A stretch of DNA of 57,820 bases, taken from the NCBI GenBank assembly GCA_905182385.1, contig CAJJBS010000016.1, positions 1 to 57,820 on the forward strand. Direction: 5' to 3'. Each line of letters opens with the position of its first letter. The stretch's first letter is position 1. Below are positions 36,988 to 45,837 of the stretch, piece after piece. Below the pieces are notes generated by a model, which had not been told where the DNA came from, did no database searches, and saw only the letters and a list, made by a program, of their open reading frames with translations. This DNA is from Fidelibacterota bacterium TCS55. Its GTDB lineage: Bacteria; Fidelibacterota; Marinisomatia; Marinisomatales; TCS55. The translations under genes and the position numbers were made by a program.

Positions 36988-37877
36988 AAATTGTATTATA
37001 TATATTTTTTAGTATTAGCATTTGTTTTGGGCAGTTTTCTTTTCATGGACTAAATACTTGGACGCAAAGCAGTGTAATAAGTTTAGCTGGCGGAGGTCTT
37101 CTACTAGACTTTGAAAATGATTTTAAAAACCCTGCTACTCTAAAAATCTCAAAACGTAAGGTAAGATTTTCTTCAATAAGTTATCCTGTTGATATTACGG
37201 CTCAGTCAATGATTGCAAATGGTAATTTTGTAGGTCATAGTCTTGGATTTAAAGCGAGTCGGGTTAACTATGGTGTTTTTGAAGGAAGGAATACTGATAA
37301 TGAATTAACGGAAAATTACTCTGCAGGAGATATTACTTTTGAGTTTGCATATGCAAACTCAAAATTTTCAAAACAAATTCATTGGGGTATAACTGGCGGA
37401 GTATTTCTAAGTAGGCTAGAGGAATTTAAAGCAAGCGCAATAATGCTATCTCCAGGAATTATTATTAACACTAAAATACTCACATTAGGTATGATGTTAA
37501 AAAACTTTAGTAAAGTTGTTAAGCAGTATGGTGCAGTTAAAGAGAAAACACCATCGTACTTTATTGGGTCAATATCCCGAGATCTTTCTTTTATCCCTTT
37601 AAAAGTTGAAATTGATCATTTTTATTTAATTAATGGTAACCATAGATATTCAGTTTTTTCTGGTATTTACGAGTTTGATAAGAATTTATTTTTTAAAGTA
37701 GGAACATCAACTAACAGATTAGATCAAACAATAAACTCTTCATTTTTTAGAAATATTTTTTCTGATTTTGGAATTGGTCTGATATATAAGATTGAAGATA
37801 TAGTTATTGATGTTAATTCTTACTCATATGGTACAGGAGGATTAGTTTTTGCAATTGGTATGTCAGTATACTATTAA
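36984..37877 (+). CDS. Hypothetical exported protein, possible outer-membrane beta-barrel
   Basis: 297 aa. It overlaps the priA stop (ATGA), has a signal peptide ending ..CFGQ, is beta-rich and ends ..GMSVYY. Confidence 0.5.
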   Translation: MKIVLYIFFSISICFGQFSFHGLNTWTQSSVISLAGGGLLLDFENDFKNPATLKISKRKVRFSSISYPVDITAQSMIANGNFVGHSLGFKASRVNYGVFEGRNTDNELTENYSAGDITFEFAYANSKFSKQIHWGITGGVFLSRLEEFKASAIMLSPGIIINTKILTLGMMLKNFSKVVKQYGAVKEKTPSYFIGSISRDLSFIPLKVEIDHFYLINGNHRYSVFSGIYEFDKNLFFKVGTSTNRLDQTINSSFFRNIFSDFGIGLIYKIEDIVIDVNSYSYGTGGLVFAIGMSVYY

Positions 37878-37988
37878 TAAATAGTTAAGTATTTAACTAG
37901 AATAATGTATTTATTGATTAAATTTTAAGGTAATAAAGAATATTAATTAAAATATTTAAGTAACGTTATTGCTTAATAGAAAGTAAAT

Positions 37989-38465
37989 ATGATTGATAAT
38001 AGAGATATTCAAATCCTTGAGCTTTTGCAAAATGATGGAAGATCTACGGTAAGTGATATTGCAAAAGAAGTTGACCTCTCTGTTCCTGCTGCTGGTGAAA
38101 GAATAAAAAAATTAAGTGAAAAAGGTATAATTGATAAATTTGTAGCAGTGCTTAACCACAAGAAGACTGGCCTTGATTTAACAGCTTTTGTTTTTATTGT
38201 AAGTGAGCATTCAGATCATTATGATGAATTTATAAAAAAAACTAATGAGTGTAAGTCAGTTATGGAATGTCATTCGATAACTGGCGGTGGATCTCATATG
38301 TTAAAAATTCGTGCTAAAAACTCTCAAGGGCTTGAAGATTTATTGTATGAAATTCAAAATTGGCCAGGTGTTTCTAGAACTCAGTCTAATGTAGTTTTAT
38401 CTTCTTATAAAGAGACTACAAATATTGACCTTATATCTTTTATGCAGCAAAACAATATATCTTAA
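37989..38465 (+). CDS. Lrp/AsnC-family transcriptional regulator
   Basis: 158 aa with an N-terminal HTH (ILELLQNDGRSTVSDIAKEVDLSVPAAGERIKKL) and a C-terminal RAM-type ligand domain. Confidence 0.9.
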   Translation: MIDNRDIQILELLQNDGRSTVSDIAKEVDLSVPAAGERIKKLSEKGIIDKFVAVLNHKKTGLDLTAFVFIVSEHSDHYDEFIKKTNECKSVMECHSITGGGSHMLKIRAKNSQGLEDLLYEIQNWPGVSRTQSNVVLSSYKETTNIDLISFMQQNNIS

Positions 38466-38593
38466 TTATTTAGGATACTTGTAGACTATAATTTTTAGAT
38501 ATATGACTTTATAGTTTGTATTTAACTAAGCATACTAATTATTTCTATTTAATTCTTTTGCCTGATCTTCTTAAATAGTTATATATTTACAGC

Positions 38594-38610
38594 AGTTATA
38601 TAATATAACT
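38594..38610. promoter_or_regulatory. Perfect 8-1-8 palindrome upstream of glnII (candidate operator)
   Basis: AGTTATAT-A-ATATAACT lies 61 nt upstream of ATG 38671. An extra half-site, AGTTATATA, is at 38577-38585. Confidence 0.3.
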
Positions 38611-38670
38611 TTAATCTTTTAAGTAAAAATTAAATTTTGCCTAAATAAATAAATAAAAAGGTTGGTTGAT

Positions 38671-39660
38671 ATGCTTGGAATGAAAAGTATAAAAAGATTA
38701 GAATATATATGGTTGGATGGCTACCAGCCTGAACCATCATTGCGGAGTAAAATCAAAGTAACTAAAGATGAAACTCCGCCGGATTGGTCTTTTGATGGTT
38801 CTTCCACTCAGCAGGCAAAAGGTGGTAGCTCAGATTGTTTGTTATTACCAGTACAAACTTATGATGGCCCTTTGTACGCTGATCAGCTAGTTATGTGTGA
38901 AGTCCAAACTGGTGAACGTAAAACTCATGTTACTAATACTAGGGCAGCAGCAGCGGCAGTAGTAACTGATGAATGGTGGTTTGGGTTTGAACAAGAATAT
39001 TTTTTTACTAATAGAAATGGTGAACCTCTTGGATGGGAAGAAGGAACTCCTAGACCTCAAGGTGATTATTACTGTGGGGTCGGAAGTTTAAATGTTGAAG
39101 GAAGAGAAATTTCAGAAGTTCATCTTGAAGCTTGTTTAGAAGCTGGAATTGAAATAACGGGGACAAATGCCGAGGTTGCTTTAGGCCAGTGGGAATATCA
39201 ATGTTTTGGTAAAGGTATAAAAGCGGCAGACGATCTTTGGGTTAGTAGATATCTTCTATATAAAATTGCTGAAGAGTATGATGTTTGCATTAATATTCAT
39301 CCAAAGCCTAAAACCGGTGATTGGAATGGATCGGGAATGCATGCAAATTTTTCTAATGATGAGATGAGGTCAAAAGGTTCAGAAGCATTATACACATCTA
39401 TTTGTGAAAAATTAGGTAAAGTTCATAAGGACGGTATCAAAGCTTATGGCTCAGATAATGATATGAGACTTACCGGTCTCCATGAAACGCAAAGCATAGA
39501 TCAATTTTCGTATGGCGTAAGCGATAGAGGTGCGAGTCTTCGAATTCCAATATATACGGTTGAGCACGATTGGAATGGATACCTTGAAGATAGGCGTCCC
39601 GCTTCAAATGCAGATCCATATAAAATTTTAGCTCATATTGTTGGAACTCTTAGAAAGTAG
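38671..39660 (+). CDS. glnII: Glutamine synthetase type II (eukaryote-like GSII)
   Basis: About 330 aa with GSII motifs: YIWLDG, WFGFEQEYF, GTNAEVALGQWEYQ, PKPKTGDWNGSGMHANFS, RLTGLHETQ, SDRGASLRIP, YLEDRRPASNADPY. The track's TTG 38662 is an alternative start. Confidence 0.9.
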   Translation: MLGMKSIKRLEYIWLDGYQPEPSLRSKIKVTKDETPPDWSFDGSSTQQAKGGSSDCLLLPVQTYDGPLYADQLVMCEVQTGERKTHVTNTRAAAAAVVTDEWWFGFEQEYFFTNRNGEPLGWEEGTPRPQGDYYCGVGSLNVEGREISEVHLEACLEAGIEITGTNAEVALGQWEYQCFGKGIKAADDLWVSRYLLYKIAEEYDVCINIHPKPKTGDWNGSGMHANFSNDEMRSKGSEALYTSICEKLGKVHKDGIKAYGSDNDMRLTGLHETQSIDQFSYGVSDRGASLRIPIYTVEHDWNGYLEDRRPASNADPYKILAHIVGTLRK

Positions 39661-39674
39661 TATGAAATATAATT

Positions 39675-39712
39675 AGATCGTTTAATTGATTTAAAAATCA
39701 ATTAAACGATCT
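39675..39712. terminator. Long perfect hairpin after glnII (possible bidirectional terminator or protein-binding palindrome)
   Basis: AGATCGTTTAATTGATTT (39675-39692) is the exact reverse complement of 39695-39712. No clear T-tract follows. Confidence 0.45.
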
Positions 39713-39796
39713 ATAATTAAAAATTGCTTTTATAAAGAGCAGTCTATTTTATTAGGTTATATTCTTTTAATTTCTGATATTAATTAAAGAATAATA

Positions 39797-41137
39797 ATGA
39801 ACCGTATTTTATATATTATAATCATATTTTTTATTTTTTCTGGCTGTGAAGAAGTTGAAAAGTCAGAAAAGTCAACTTGGAGCATTATTCAAGAGGAAAT
39901 TATTGTGTCTAGTTGTCTTAATTGCCATGCAAGCGAGTCAACTATTACTAAACAATCAGGTTTAGATTTGTCAAATAATGAGGCTTACAGTGAAATGGTT
40001 GGCGTTACCCCTAAAAATATTGCTGCAAAAAATGATGGTTTGGTTATTATTAGTAATGAAGGAGGTATGAAAGGTTTATCCAAAAGTTTTTTATGGGAAA
40101 AAGTGAATGCATATGACCGCGAACACTATCTTAGTGACCATCCAGAATATGGTCAAATGATGCCTCCGGGTGAAAACTTTTTATCTGATGGTCAATTACA
40201 ATTTGTTAGATCGTGGATCGAAGCTGGGGCTCCAGAATCGGGAACTGTTGTAGATGAAAAATTATTATTGGATTCGAATAGATATTCACCCCCTGAATTC
40301 TCTCCTTTAAAACCTCCAGAAAAAGGCATTCAGTTACACATTAAGCCTTTTGAAGTACAGTCTAATTTTGAAAGAGAATTTTTTCAATATACAGATCTAA
40401 ATATAGAAGGAGATATATATGCAAATCGAATTGAAATTGAAATGAGACCAGGAAGTCACCATTTTATTTTATATTCATTTGATGAAAATATAAACAATTC
40501 AAATATACCTGAATTTGATATTAAAAGAGATTTGAGGTTTGAAGATGGATCTATGAATATTCGAACTCTAAGAACTATGCAGGATCATGAATTTTTCACT
40601 GGAACCCAATGGCCAAGAATGGATTATAAATTACCTTCAGGTGTAGCTTTTAAATTAAATTCAAAATTTGGGATAGATCAAAATTCTCATTATGTGAATA
40701 GATCAGATTCTATTATGATTGGAGAGGTCTTTACAAACATTCATACTATTGAGGAGTCAGAGGTTGTAAAAGTTGCAAATATGTTAAATTGGTCAAACCA
40801 GCAAATTTTATTACCGCCTCAAAAGGTAACTACATTAAATAAGACTTTCATTGCAGATACTCCAATCTCCATTGGTCAGCTTTTTTCACACGCACATGAG
40901 AAAATGACAGAGTTTGTAGTAAAAATTAAAGGTGGGGAACGCAATGGTGAATTAGTCTATTGGACAGATGATTGGAAGCACCCACCTATAATTAACTATG
41001 ATCCTCCTATTAAATTAAATAGTGGTGAAGGGCTTGAGCTTATTACTACATATGATAATCCAAGCAATAAATTTGTTACTTTCGGTTTTTTATCTACAGA
41101 TGAAATGATGATTTTATTTGGTTGGTATTTTAAATAG
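39797..41137 (+). CDS. Lipoprotein fusing a planctomycete-type cytochrome c domain to a PHM/DBH-like copper monooxygenase core
   Basis: 446 aa with a lipobox (FSGC). The N-terminal domain has CLNCH (39914-39928), ..SGLDLS.., ..MPPGENFLSDGQLQFVRSWIEAGAP, as in PSCyt1-like domains. The C-terminal part has the ordered motifs SHHFILY, NSHYVN, SHAHEKM and STDEMMILFGWYF. These parallel rat PHM VHHMLLF (CuH), QVHYG (CuH), VHTHHLG (CuM) and SSDEMCNLYIMYY (CuM Met). Confidence 0.65.
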   Translation: MNRILYIIIIFFIFSGCEEVEKSEKSTWSIIQEEIIVSSCLNCHASESTITKQSGLDLSNNEAYSEMVGVTPKNIAAKNDGLVIISNEGGMKGLSKSFLWEKVNAYDREHYLSDHPEYGQMMPPGENFLSDGQLQFVRSWIEAGAPESGTVVDEKLLLDSNRYSPPEFSPLKPPEKGIQLHIKPFEVQSNFEREFFQYTDLNIEGDIYANRIEIEMRPGSHHFILYSFDENINNSNIPEFDIKRDLRFEDGSMNIRTLRTMQDHEFFTGTQWPRMDYKLPSGVAFKLNSKFGIDQNSHYVNRSDSIMIGEVFTNIHTIEESEVVKVANMLNWSNQQILLPPQKVTTLNKTFIADTPISIGQLFSHAHEKMTEFVVKIKGGERNGELVYWTDDWKHPPIINYDPPIKLNSGEGLELITTYDNPSNKFVTFGFLSTDEMMILFGWYFK

Positions 41138-41148
41138 ACTTTATTTGA

Positions 41149-42360
41149 ATGATATATAGATTTTATCTTTGTTATATTATTTTTTTTATAGCTTTAAGTG
41201 CAAACCTTTATTCCCAAAATAAGTACCCTGTAATATTAGTCCATGGATTTATGGGCTGGGGTCCAGATGAAATGGGCTCATACAAATATTGGGGTGGTAA
41301 ATATGACATTGAAGAATCATTAAGAGAAAGTGGCTTTGAAGTATATACTGCTAATGTTGGACCAGTCTCATCTAATTGGGATCGTGCGGTTGAATTATAC
41401 TACCAAATTAAAGGAGGTCAAGTTGATTATGGAAATACCCAAGTAGAAAAATATGGGATTATTCAGAAGCCAATTAATAAAGAATATATGGGGATATATC
41501 CTGAATGGAGCGATGAAAACCCAATCCACCTTGTTGGACATAGTATGGGCGGTCAGACAATAAGAATGCTAGATTACTTACTCAGAACAGCAATTGTGGA
41601 TTCTTCTTTAAAATATGAAGAAAGTAATTTTTTAGGTAAAATAAATGAAGGTTGGATTAAATCAATTACTTCAATTTCAACACCTCACAACGGTACGACA
41701 CTTTCAGATATCCTCACTTCTGGAATTCCATTTTTACAAGACTTTATTGCCCTCGCAGCAGTAGTCGGAAATTCTTTTTATGATTTTGATCTTGAACATT
41801 GGGGTTTTAGACGAGAGAACAAAGAAGCTTGGGGTAGTTATTTTTCTAGAATGAGAAAACATCCAGCTTGGGGAACAAAAAATATTGTAGCGTGGGATGT
41901 TAGTGTAGAAGGTGCACGTGAGATGAATAGTATATGCACTGCAAACTCTAATATTTATTATTTTTCATATGTTACTAGTAATACTTTATTAGATTCAACG
42001 TCAAATAGGCATGTACCTGAAAAAAGTATGTCATATATAATTAGAGCAAATGCTAGACTGATGGGTATGAGAAAAGCATATTATGCTGATGGCTCAGAAA
42101 CAGATTCAACATGGTTTGAAAATGATGGAATTGTAAATAAGAAATCAATGCTAGGCCCAACAACTGGAAATAATGGTTCTGATCCAATCGGAAATTATAG
42201 ACAAAATGACATATTAATTCCTGGTCAATGGTATGTGATGGGTGAATATAATTCAGATCATAGAAAATTCATTGGACATAAGATTAGTAAAAAAGAGTTC
42301 GATGAGCTCATTAAAGTATATATAAAACATGTGACATTACTGAGTACATTGCCAAAATAG
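41149..42360 (+). CDS. Secreted triacylglycerol lipase of the Staphylococcus/Geobacillus type (family I.5/I.6-like)
   Basis: 403 aa with a signal peptide. Motifs: YPVILVHGFMGWGPDEMGSYKYWGG, VGPVSSNWDRAVELYYQIKGGQVDYG and the nucleophile elbow LVGHSMGGQTIRML. Confidence 0.85.
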   Translation: MIYRFYLCYIIFFIALSANLYSQNKYPVILVHGFMGWGPDEMGSYKYWGGKYDIEESLRESGFEVYTANVGPVSSNWDRAVELYYQIKGGQVDYGNTQVEKYGIIQKPINKEYMGIYPEWSDENPIHLVGHSMGGQTIRMLDYLLRTAIVDSSLKYEESNFLGKINEGWIKSITSISTPHNGTTLSDILTSGIPFLQDFIALAAVVGNSFYDFDLEHWGFRRENKEAWGSYFSRMRKHPAWGTKNIVAWDVSVEGAREMNSICTANSNIYYFSYVTSNTLLDSTSNRHVPEKSMSYIIRANARLMGMRKAYYADGSETDSTWFENDGIVNKKSMLGPTTGNNGSDPIGNYRQNDILIPGQWYVMGEYNSDHRKFIGHKISKKEFDELIKVYIKHVTLLSTLPK

Positions 42361-42369
42361 AAAGTTTAA

Positions 42370-42699
42370 ATGATTGATATTAATAAATTTAATGAATTAG
42401 AATTACGTGTCGGAGAAATCTTAAAAGCTGAATTACTTTCTGAGGCAAAAATACCCGCATATAAATTAAAAATTGATTTTGGCGATTATGGAATTAAATG
42501 GTCCAGCGCGCAAATTACTAATAATTACTTACCTAAAGACTTAAAGGGAAGACAAGTTATTGCAGTAATGAACTATAATAGCAAAAAAATAGGAGAATTT
42601 ATTTCTGAAGTTTTAGTAATGGGTGTTGATGATCATAATGGATTTGTAAGGTTATTAGCTGTTAATAAAAAAATTCATAATGGAGCAAAAGTTAATTAA
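42370..42699 (+). CDS. tRNA-binding OB-fold protein (CsaA/YgjH/EMAP-type)
   Basis: 109 aa with LELRVGEILKAE..AYKLKIDFG..SSAQIT. Confidence 0.8.
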   Translation: MIDINKFNELELRVGEILKAELLSEAKIPAYKLKIDFGDYGIKWSSAQITNNYLPKDLKGRQVIAVMNYNSKKIGEFISEVLVMGVDDHNGFVRLLAVNKKIHNGAKVN

Positions 42700-42702
42700 T
42701 GC

Positions 42703-42736
42703 TATATTGCAAATAATTATATTTAGTTGTAATATA
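42703..42736. promoter_or_regulatory. Inverted repeat directly upstream of the MarR-family gene (candidate autoregulatory operator)
   Basis: TATATTGCAA (42703-42712) and TTGTAATATA (42727-42736) give 9 of 10 complementary positions with a 14-nt spacer. The repeat ends 5 nt before ATG 42742. Confidence 0.3.
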
Positions 42737-42741
42737 CAAAT

Positions 42742-43164
42742 ATGGAATTTGGTGAATTATTAAAACAGTTTTTAATTGATTTACAATCGCTTTTTAGAAC
42801 TAGCACAAAAAAATTAAATGTAACTCTCCCTCAAATTATACTTATCACATCAATTCCAATCGATGGTATTGATATGTCAACACTTTCTTATCGAATTGGC
42901 GTTGATAATAGTACGCTCACAAGATTAATAGATATTTTAATGAGAAATAAGGTTGTGCGAAAAATTAAAAACCCCAAAGATGGAAGATCTTATATCATTT
43001 TATTAACCAATATTGGTGAAAAATTGCAATTTAAAATTGATCAGCAAATTGATCAGTTTGGATCTAAGCTTTACAGTAGAATACCAATTGAGGATCAAGA
43101 CGAAGTAAAAGAAACGTTATCATCATTGCATTGGCTTATTTCAAAATATCGTTTAGATTCATAA
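42742..43164 (+). CDS. MarR-family transcriptional regulator
   Basis: 140 aa with a winged-helix core (TLPQIILITSI..MSTLSYRIGVDNSTLTRLIDILMRNKVVRKIKNPKDGRSYIILLT). Confidence 0.8.
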   Translation: MEFGELLKQFLIDLQSLFRTSTKKLNVTLPQIILITSIPIDGIDMSTLSYRIGVDNSTLTRLIDILMRNKVVRKIKNPKDGRSYIILLTNIGEKLQFKIDQQIDQFGSKLYSRIPIEDQDEVKETLSSLHWLISKYRLDS

Positions 43165-43167
43165 TAA

Positions 43168-44229
43168 TTGTATAATACAAATATAAATAATTCATTATTG
43201 TTGTGGTACGATAAACATAAACGTCAACTACCTTGGCGTGACATTAATGATCCTTATAAAATATGGTTATCGGAAGTGATGTTACAACAAACTCAAGTAA
43301 ATACTGTAGTGCCTTATTATAAAAAATGGATTAAAAATTATCCTACTTTATTAAGTGTTGCAGAATCTAATATGGATGATCTTCTAAAACTCTGGGAAGG
43401 TTTAGGTTATTATTCTAGATGTAGAAATTTTTTTAAGGCCTGTCAAATTATTAAAAATGATTATTGCGGTATAATTCCATCTAATATTAATGAATTTAAT
43501 TCATTGCCTGGTGTTGGTCCTTATATTTCTGGTGCAGTAATGTCAATTGCCTTTAATAAATCAGTCCCTGCTATAGATGGAAATATTAGTAGAATTATGT
43601 TTCGTTACTTGGGATTAAGAAATAAAACAAAACATAACAAAAAAAGAATTATTTCTAAATTAATTACATTTATTAAGCTTCGTCCTGGTGATATCATTCA
43701 ATCTTTAATGGATTTAGGTAGTTCAATATGTAAATCTTATTCAGTAAAGTGTGGAGAATGTCCTCTTTCTCATTCTTGCAAAGCATTTTTACATGGATTT
43801 CCTCTCAAATATCCTATCCAAAAAAATAAAAAATCTCTACCCAAAAAAAATATTATTGCAGGTTTCGTTCAAAAAAATGATAAGATGTTAATAGTAAAAC
43901 GTAAAGATGGTGGTGCATTAGGAGGACTTTGGGAATTACCAATGATTATAGTTAGTGATAACAGTAATACTTCTTTATTTAAAACGTCTTTAAAAAATAA
44001 ATATAATTTGAATTTGAAAATAAATAATAAAATTGGAGATATTATTCACTCTTTTTCACATTACAGAATGAACATAGCAATATTTAATTGTGAAAATGTG
44101 AGTACAAGAATTGATTACAGCTCAAATAACAATATTATCAAATGGATCAATCGAAAAGAAATTGATAATTATGCATTTCATAAAGCCAATCATAAGCTAT
44201 TTGAGTTGCTAGAAAAAAATAATGTTTAA
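43168..44229 (+). CDS. mutY: A/G-specific adenine DNA glycosylase
   Basis: 353 aa with LLWYDKHKRQLPWR, WLSEVMLQQTQV, the HhH-GPD motif LPGVGPY, the Fe-S loop CKSYSVKCGECPLSHSC and a NUDIX-like C-terminal domain. The start codon is uncertain (TTG). Confidence 0.88.
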   Translation: MYNTNINNSLLLWYDKHKRQLPWRDINDPYKIWLSEVMLQQTQVNTVVPYYKKWIKNYPTLLSVAESNMDDLLKLWEGLGYYSRCRNFFKACQIIKNDYCGIIPSNINEFNSLPGVGPYISGAVMSIAFNKSVPAIDGNISRIMFRYLGLRNKTKHNKKRIISKLITFIKLRPGDIIQSLMDLGSSICKSYSVKCGECPLSHSCKAFLHGFPLKYPIQKNKKSLPKKNIIAGFVQKNDKMLIVKRKDGGALGGLWELPMIIVSDNSNTSLFKTSLKNKYNLNLKINNKIGDIIHSFSHYRMNIAIFNCENVSTRIDYSSNNNIIKWINRKEIDNYAFHKANHKLFELLEKNNV

Positions 44230-44932
44230 AACAATTATTTCAATCATTATTTGGCCAATATGGTCAATTGCTTTTCTTTTTGGTACTATAATATATTCGT
44301 TATCTATTACTTTATTTCCTTCACATAAAGTTCATAAGCTTGCACAGATAATAGCGCGAACCTGTATGCTCTTTGGAGGTCAATGGTTCAAAGTTGAAGG
44401 TTTAAAACCAGATAAAAATAAAGGTCCTTACTTATATTTAATAAACCACCAATCTTTATTTGATGCTTTTATGATTGTAGGGGGTATACCACATTATTTT
44501 ACAGGCGTTGGTGCCATTGAACAGTTTTCTTATCCAGTTTGGGGCTATTTAGTAAAAAAATATGGAGTAATTCCACTAATAAGGCAAGAATTAGGTTCAG
44601 CAATTACAAGTTTGGAGAAATTAGAAAATGTTATTAAAAATGGTACATCAGCAATGATTGCACCTGAAGGTACAAGAAGCTTAGATGGTAAATTAGGTAA
44701 TTTTAAAAAAGGACCTTTTCATGTTGCAAAAAATACAGGTGTTACAATTATACCAGTGGGCTTAAAGGGTGCATACCAAGCAAAAAATAAAAAAGATTGG
44801 CGAATTAAGCCTAGCCTTTTAACAACAGTTTTTGGTAAACCGATAACTAAAGCTGAATACGAAAATATGAGTATAGAGGCTCTTAGTAATAAGGTTAAGG
44901 TTGAAATTGAAAAGATGGTAAATCAAAAATGA
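44222..44932 (+). CDS. plsC: 1-acyl-sn-glycerol-3-phosphate acyltransferase
   Basis: 236 aa with an N-terminal TM segment, the HX4D motif NHQSLFD and APEGTRS. Confidence 0.85.
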   Translation: MFKTIISIIIWPIWSIAFLFGTIIYSLSITLFPSHKVHKLAQIIARTCMLFGGQWFKVEGLKPDKNKGPYLYLINHQSLFDAFMIVGGIPHYFTGVGAIEQFSYPVWGYLVKKYGVIPLIRQELGSAITSLEKLENVIKNGTSAMIAPEGTRSLDGKLGNFKKGPFHVAKNTGVTIIPVGLKGAYQAKNKKDWRIKPSLLTTVFGKPITKAEYENMSIEALSNKVKVEIEKMVNQK

Positions 44933-45339
44933 ATTATGAAAATATATCATATTACAATTTAGTAAAGTTTTTACACTTAATAGGAATGGCCGCTTGGTTT
45001 GGCACAGCATTAACAGTATCTATTATATGGTCAAGAAAAAACATAAATGATAAATCTCTTATTTTAGATTTAATAACAAAAGTTGAAATGCCGGCATCAT
45101 TTTTTATTCCACTTACTGGTGTATTAATGACAATTGATAAAATGCATTGGCTTAGCAGCGGTTGGATGCAAATTAAAATTTGTATAGGATTATTAACTGT
45201 AGTTTTCACTCATCTTTCAAGGGCTAAATTAATCCATTGTGATATGGAAGATGATTATATTAGACAAAAATTTACCATGAATAGAAACCTTGGACTATTA
45301 GGCTTATCTATAATATTAGTAATTGTTGGATTTAATTAA
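44929..45339 (+). CDS. Hypothetical integral membrane protein (4 TM segments)
   Basis: 136 aa with four hydrophobic segments. It overlaps the plsC stop (ATGA). Confidence 0.55.
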   Translation: MNYENISYYNLVKFLHLIGMAAWFGTALTVSIIWSRKNINDKSLILDLITKVEMPASFFIPLTGVLMTIDKMHWLSSGWMQIKICIGLLTVVFTHLSRAKLIHCDMEDDYIRQKFTMNRNLGLLGLSIILVIVGFN

Positions 45340-45826
45340 TTTGGATAGCAATAATAAATATGCTTCAATAGAATGGGTTGATCTAAAGAATAAAAAATCT
45401 TTCTTAACTTTACTTAAGCCATTAAAAAAAATACGTTCTAAAATTCAAATATTATCATATTTATCAGAGTGGTGCCCCGATTGTACTAATCAAATAACGT
45501 CTCTAAATAAGCTCCACGATGATTATAAAAAATATGATATAAAAATGATGATTGTGATGGATTATTCTAAAAAAAAGAAATCAGAAGAATTTATAAAAAA
45601 GAATGAGGTCTCTATTCCTTTTTCATATGGAGAATTATTTAAAAAAGATGAATTATTACGTTTAGATACAACCTTTTATAAATTTAGAAAAACTATAAAT
45701 GATAATAGAAAATGGGGAGTCCCTTTTCATTTTTTACTTTGTGATAGTCAAATATCAAAAATTGGAACTATTAAAGGAAAATTTAAAGAGAAAGAGATAA
45801 AAAATTATATTTTAAAAAATTTATAG
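45323..45826 (+). CDS. Thioredoxin-fold protein (TlpA/redoxin-like, CPDC motif)
   Basis: 167 aa with LSEWCPDC in a thioredoxin-like context. The start is non-ATG (TTG) and uncertain. Confidence 0.55.
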   Translation: MLDLINLDSNNKYASIEWVDLKNKKSFLTLLKPLKKIRSKIQILSYLSEWCPDCTNQITSLNKLHDDYKKYDIKMMIVMDYSKKKKSEEFIKKNEVSIPFSYGELFKKDELLRLDTTFYKFRKTINDNRKWGVPFHFLLCDSQISKIGTIKGKFKEKEIKNYILKNL

Positions 45827-45837
45827 TTTAGTCTAGA

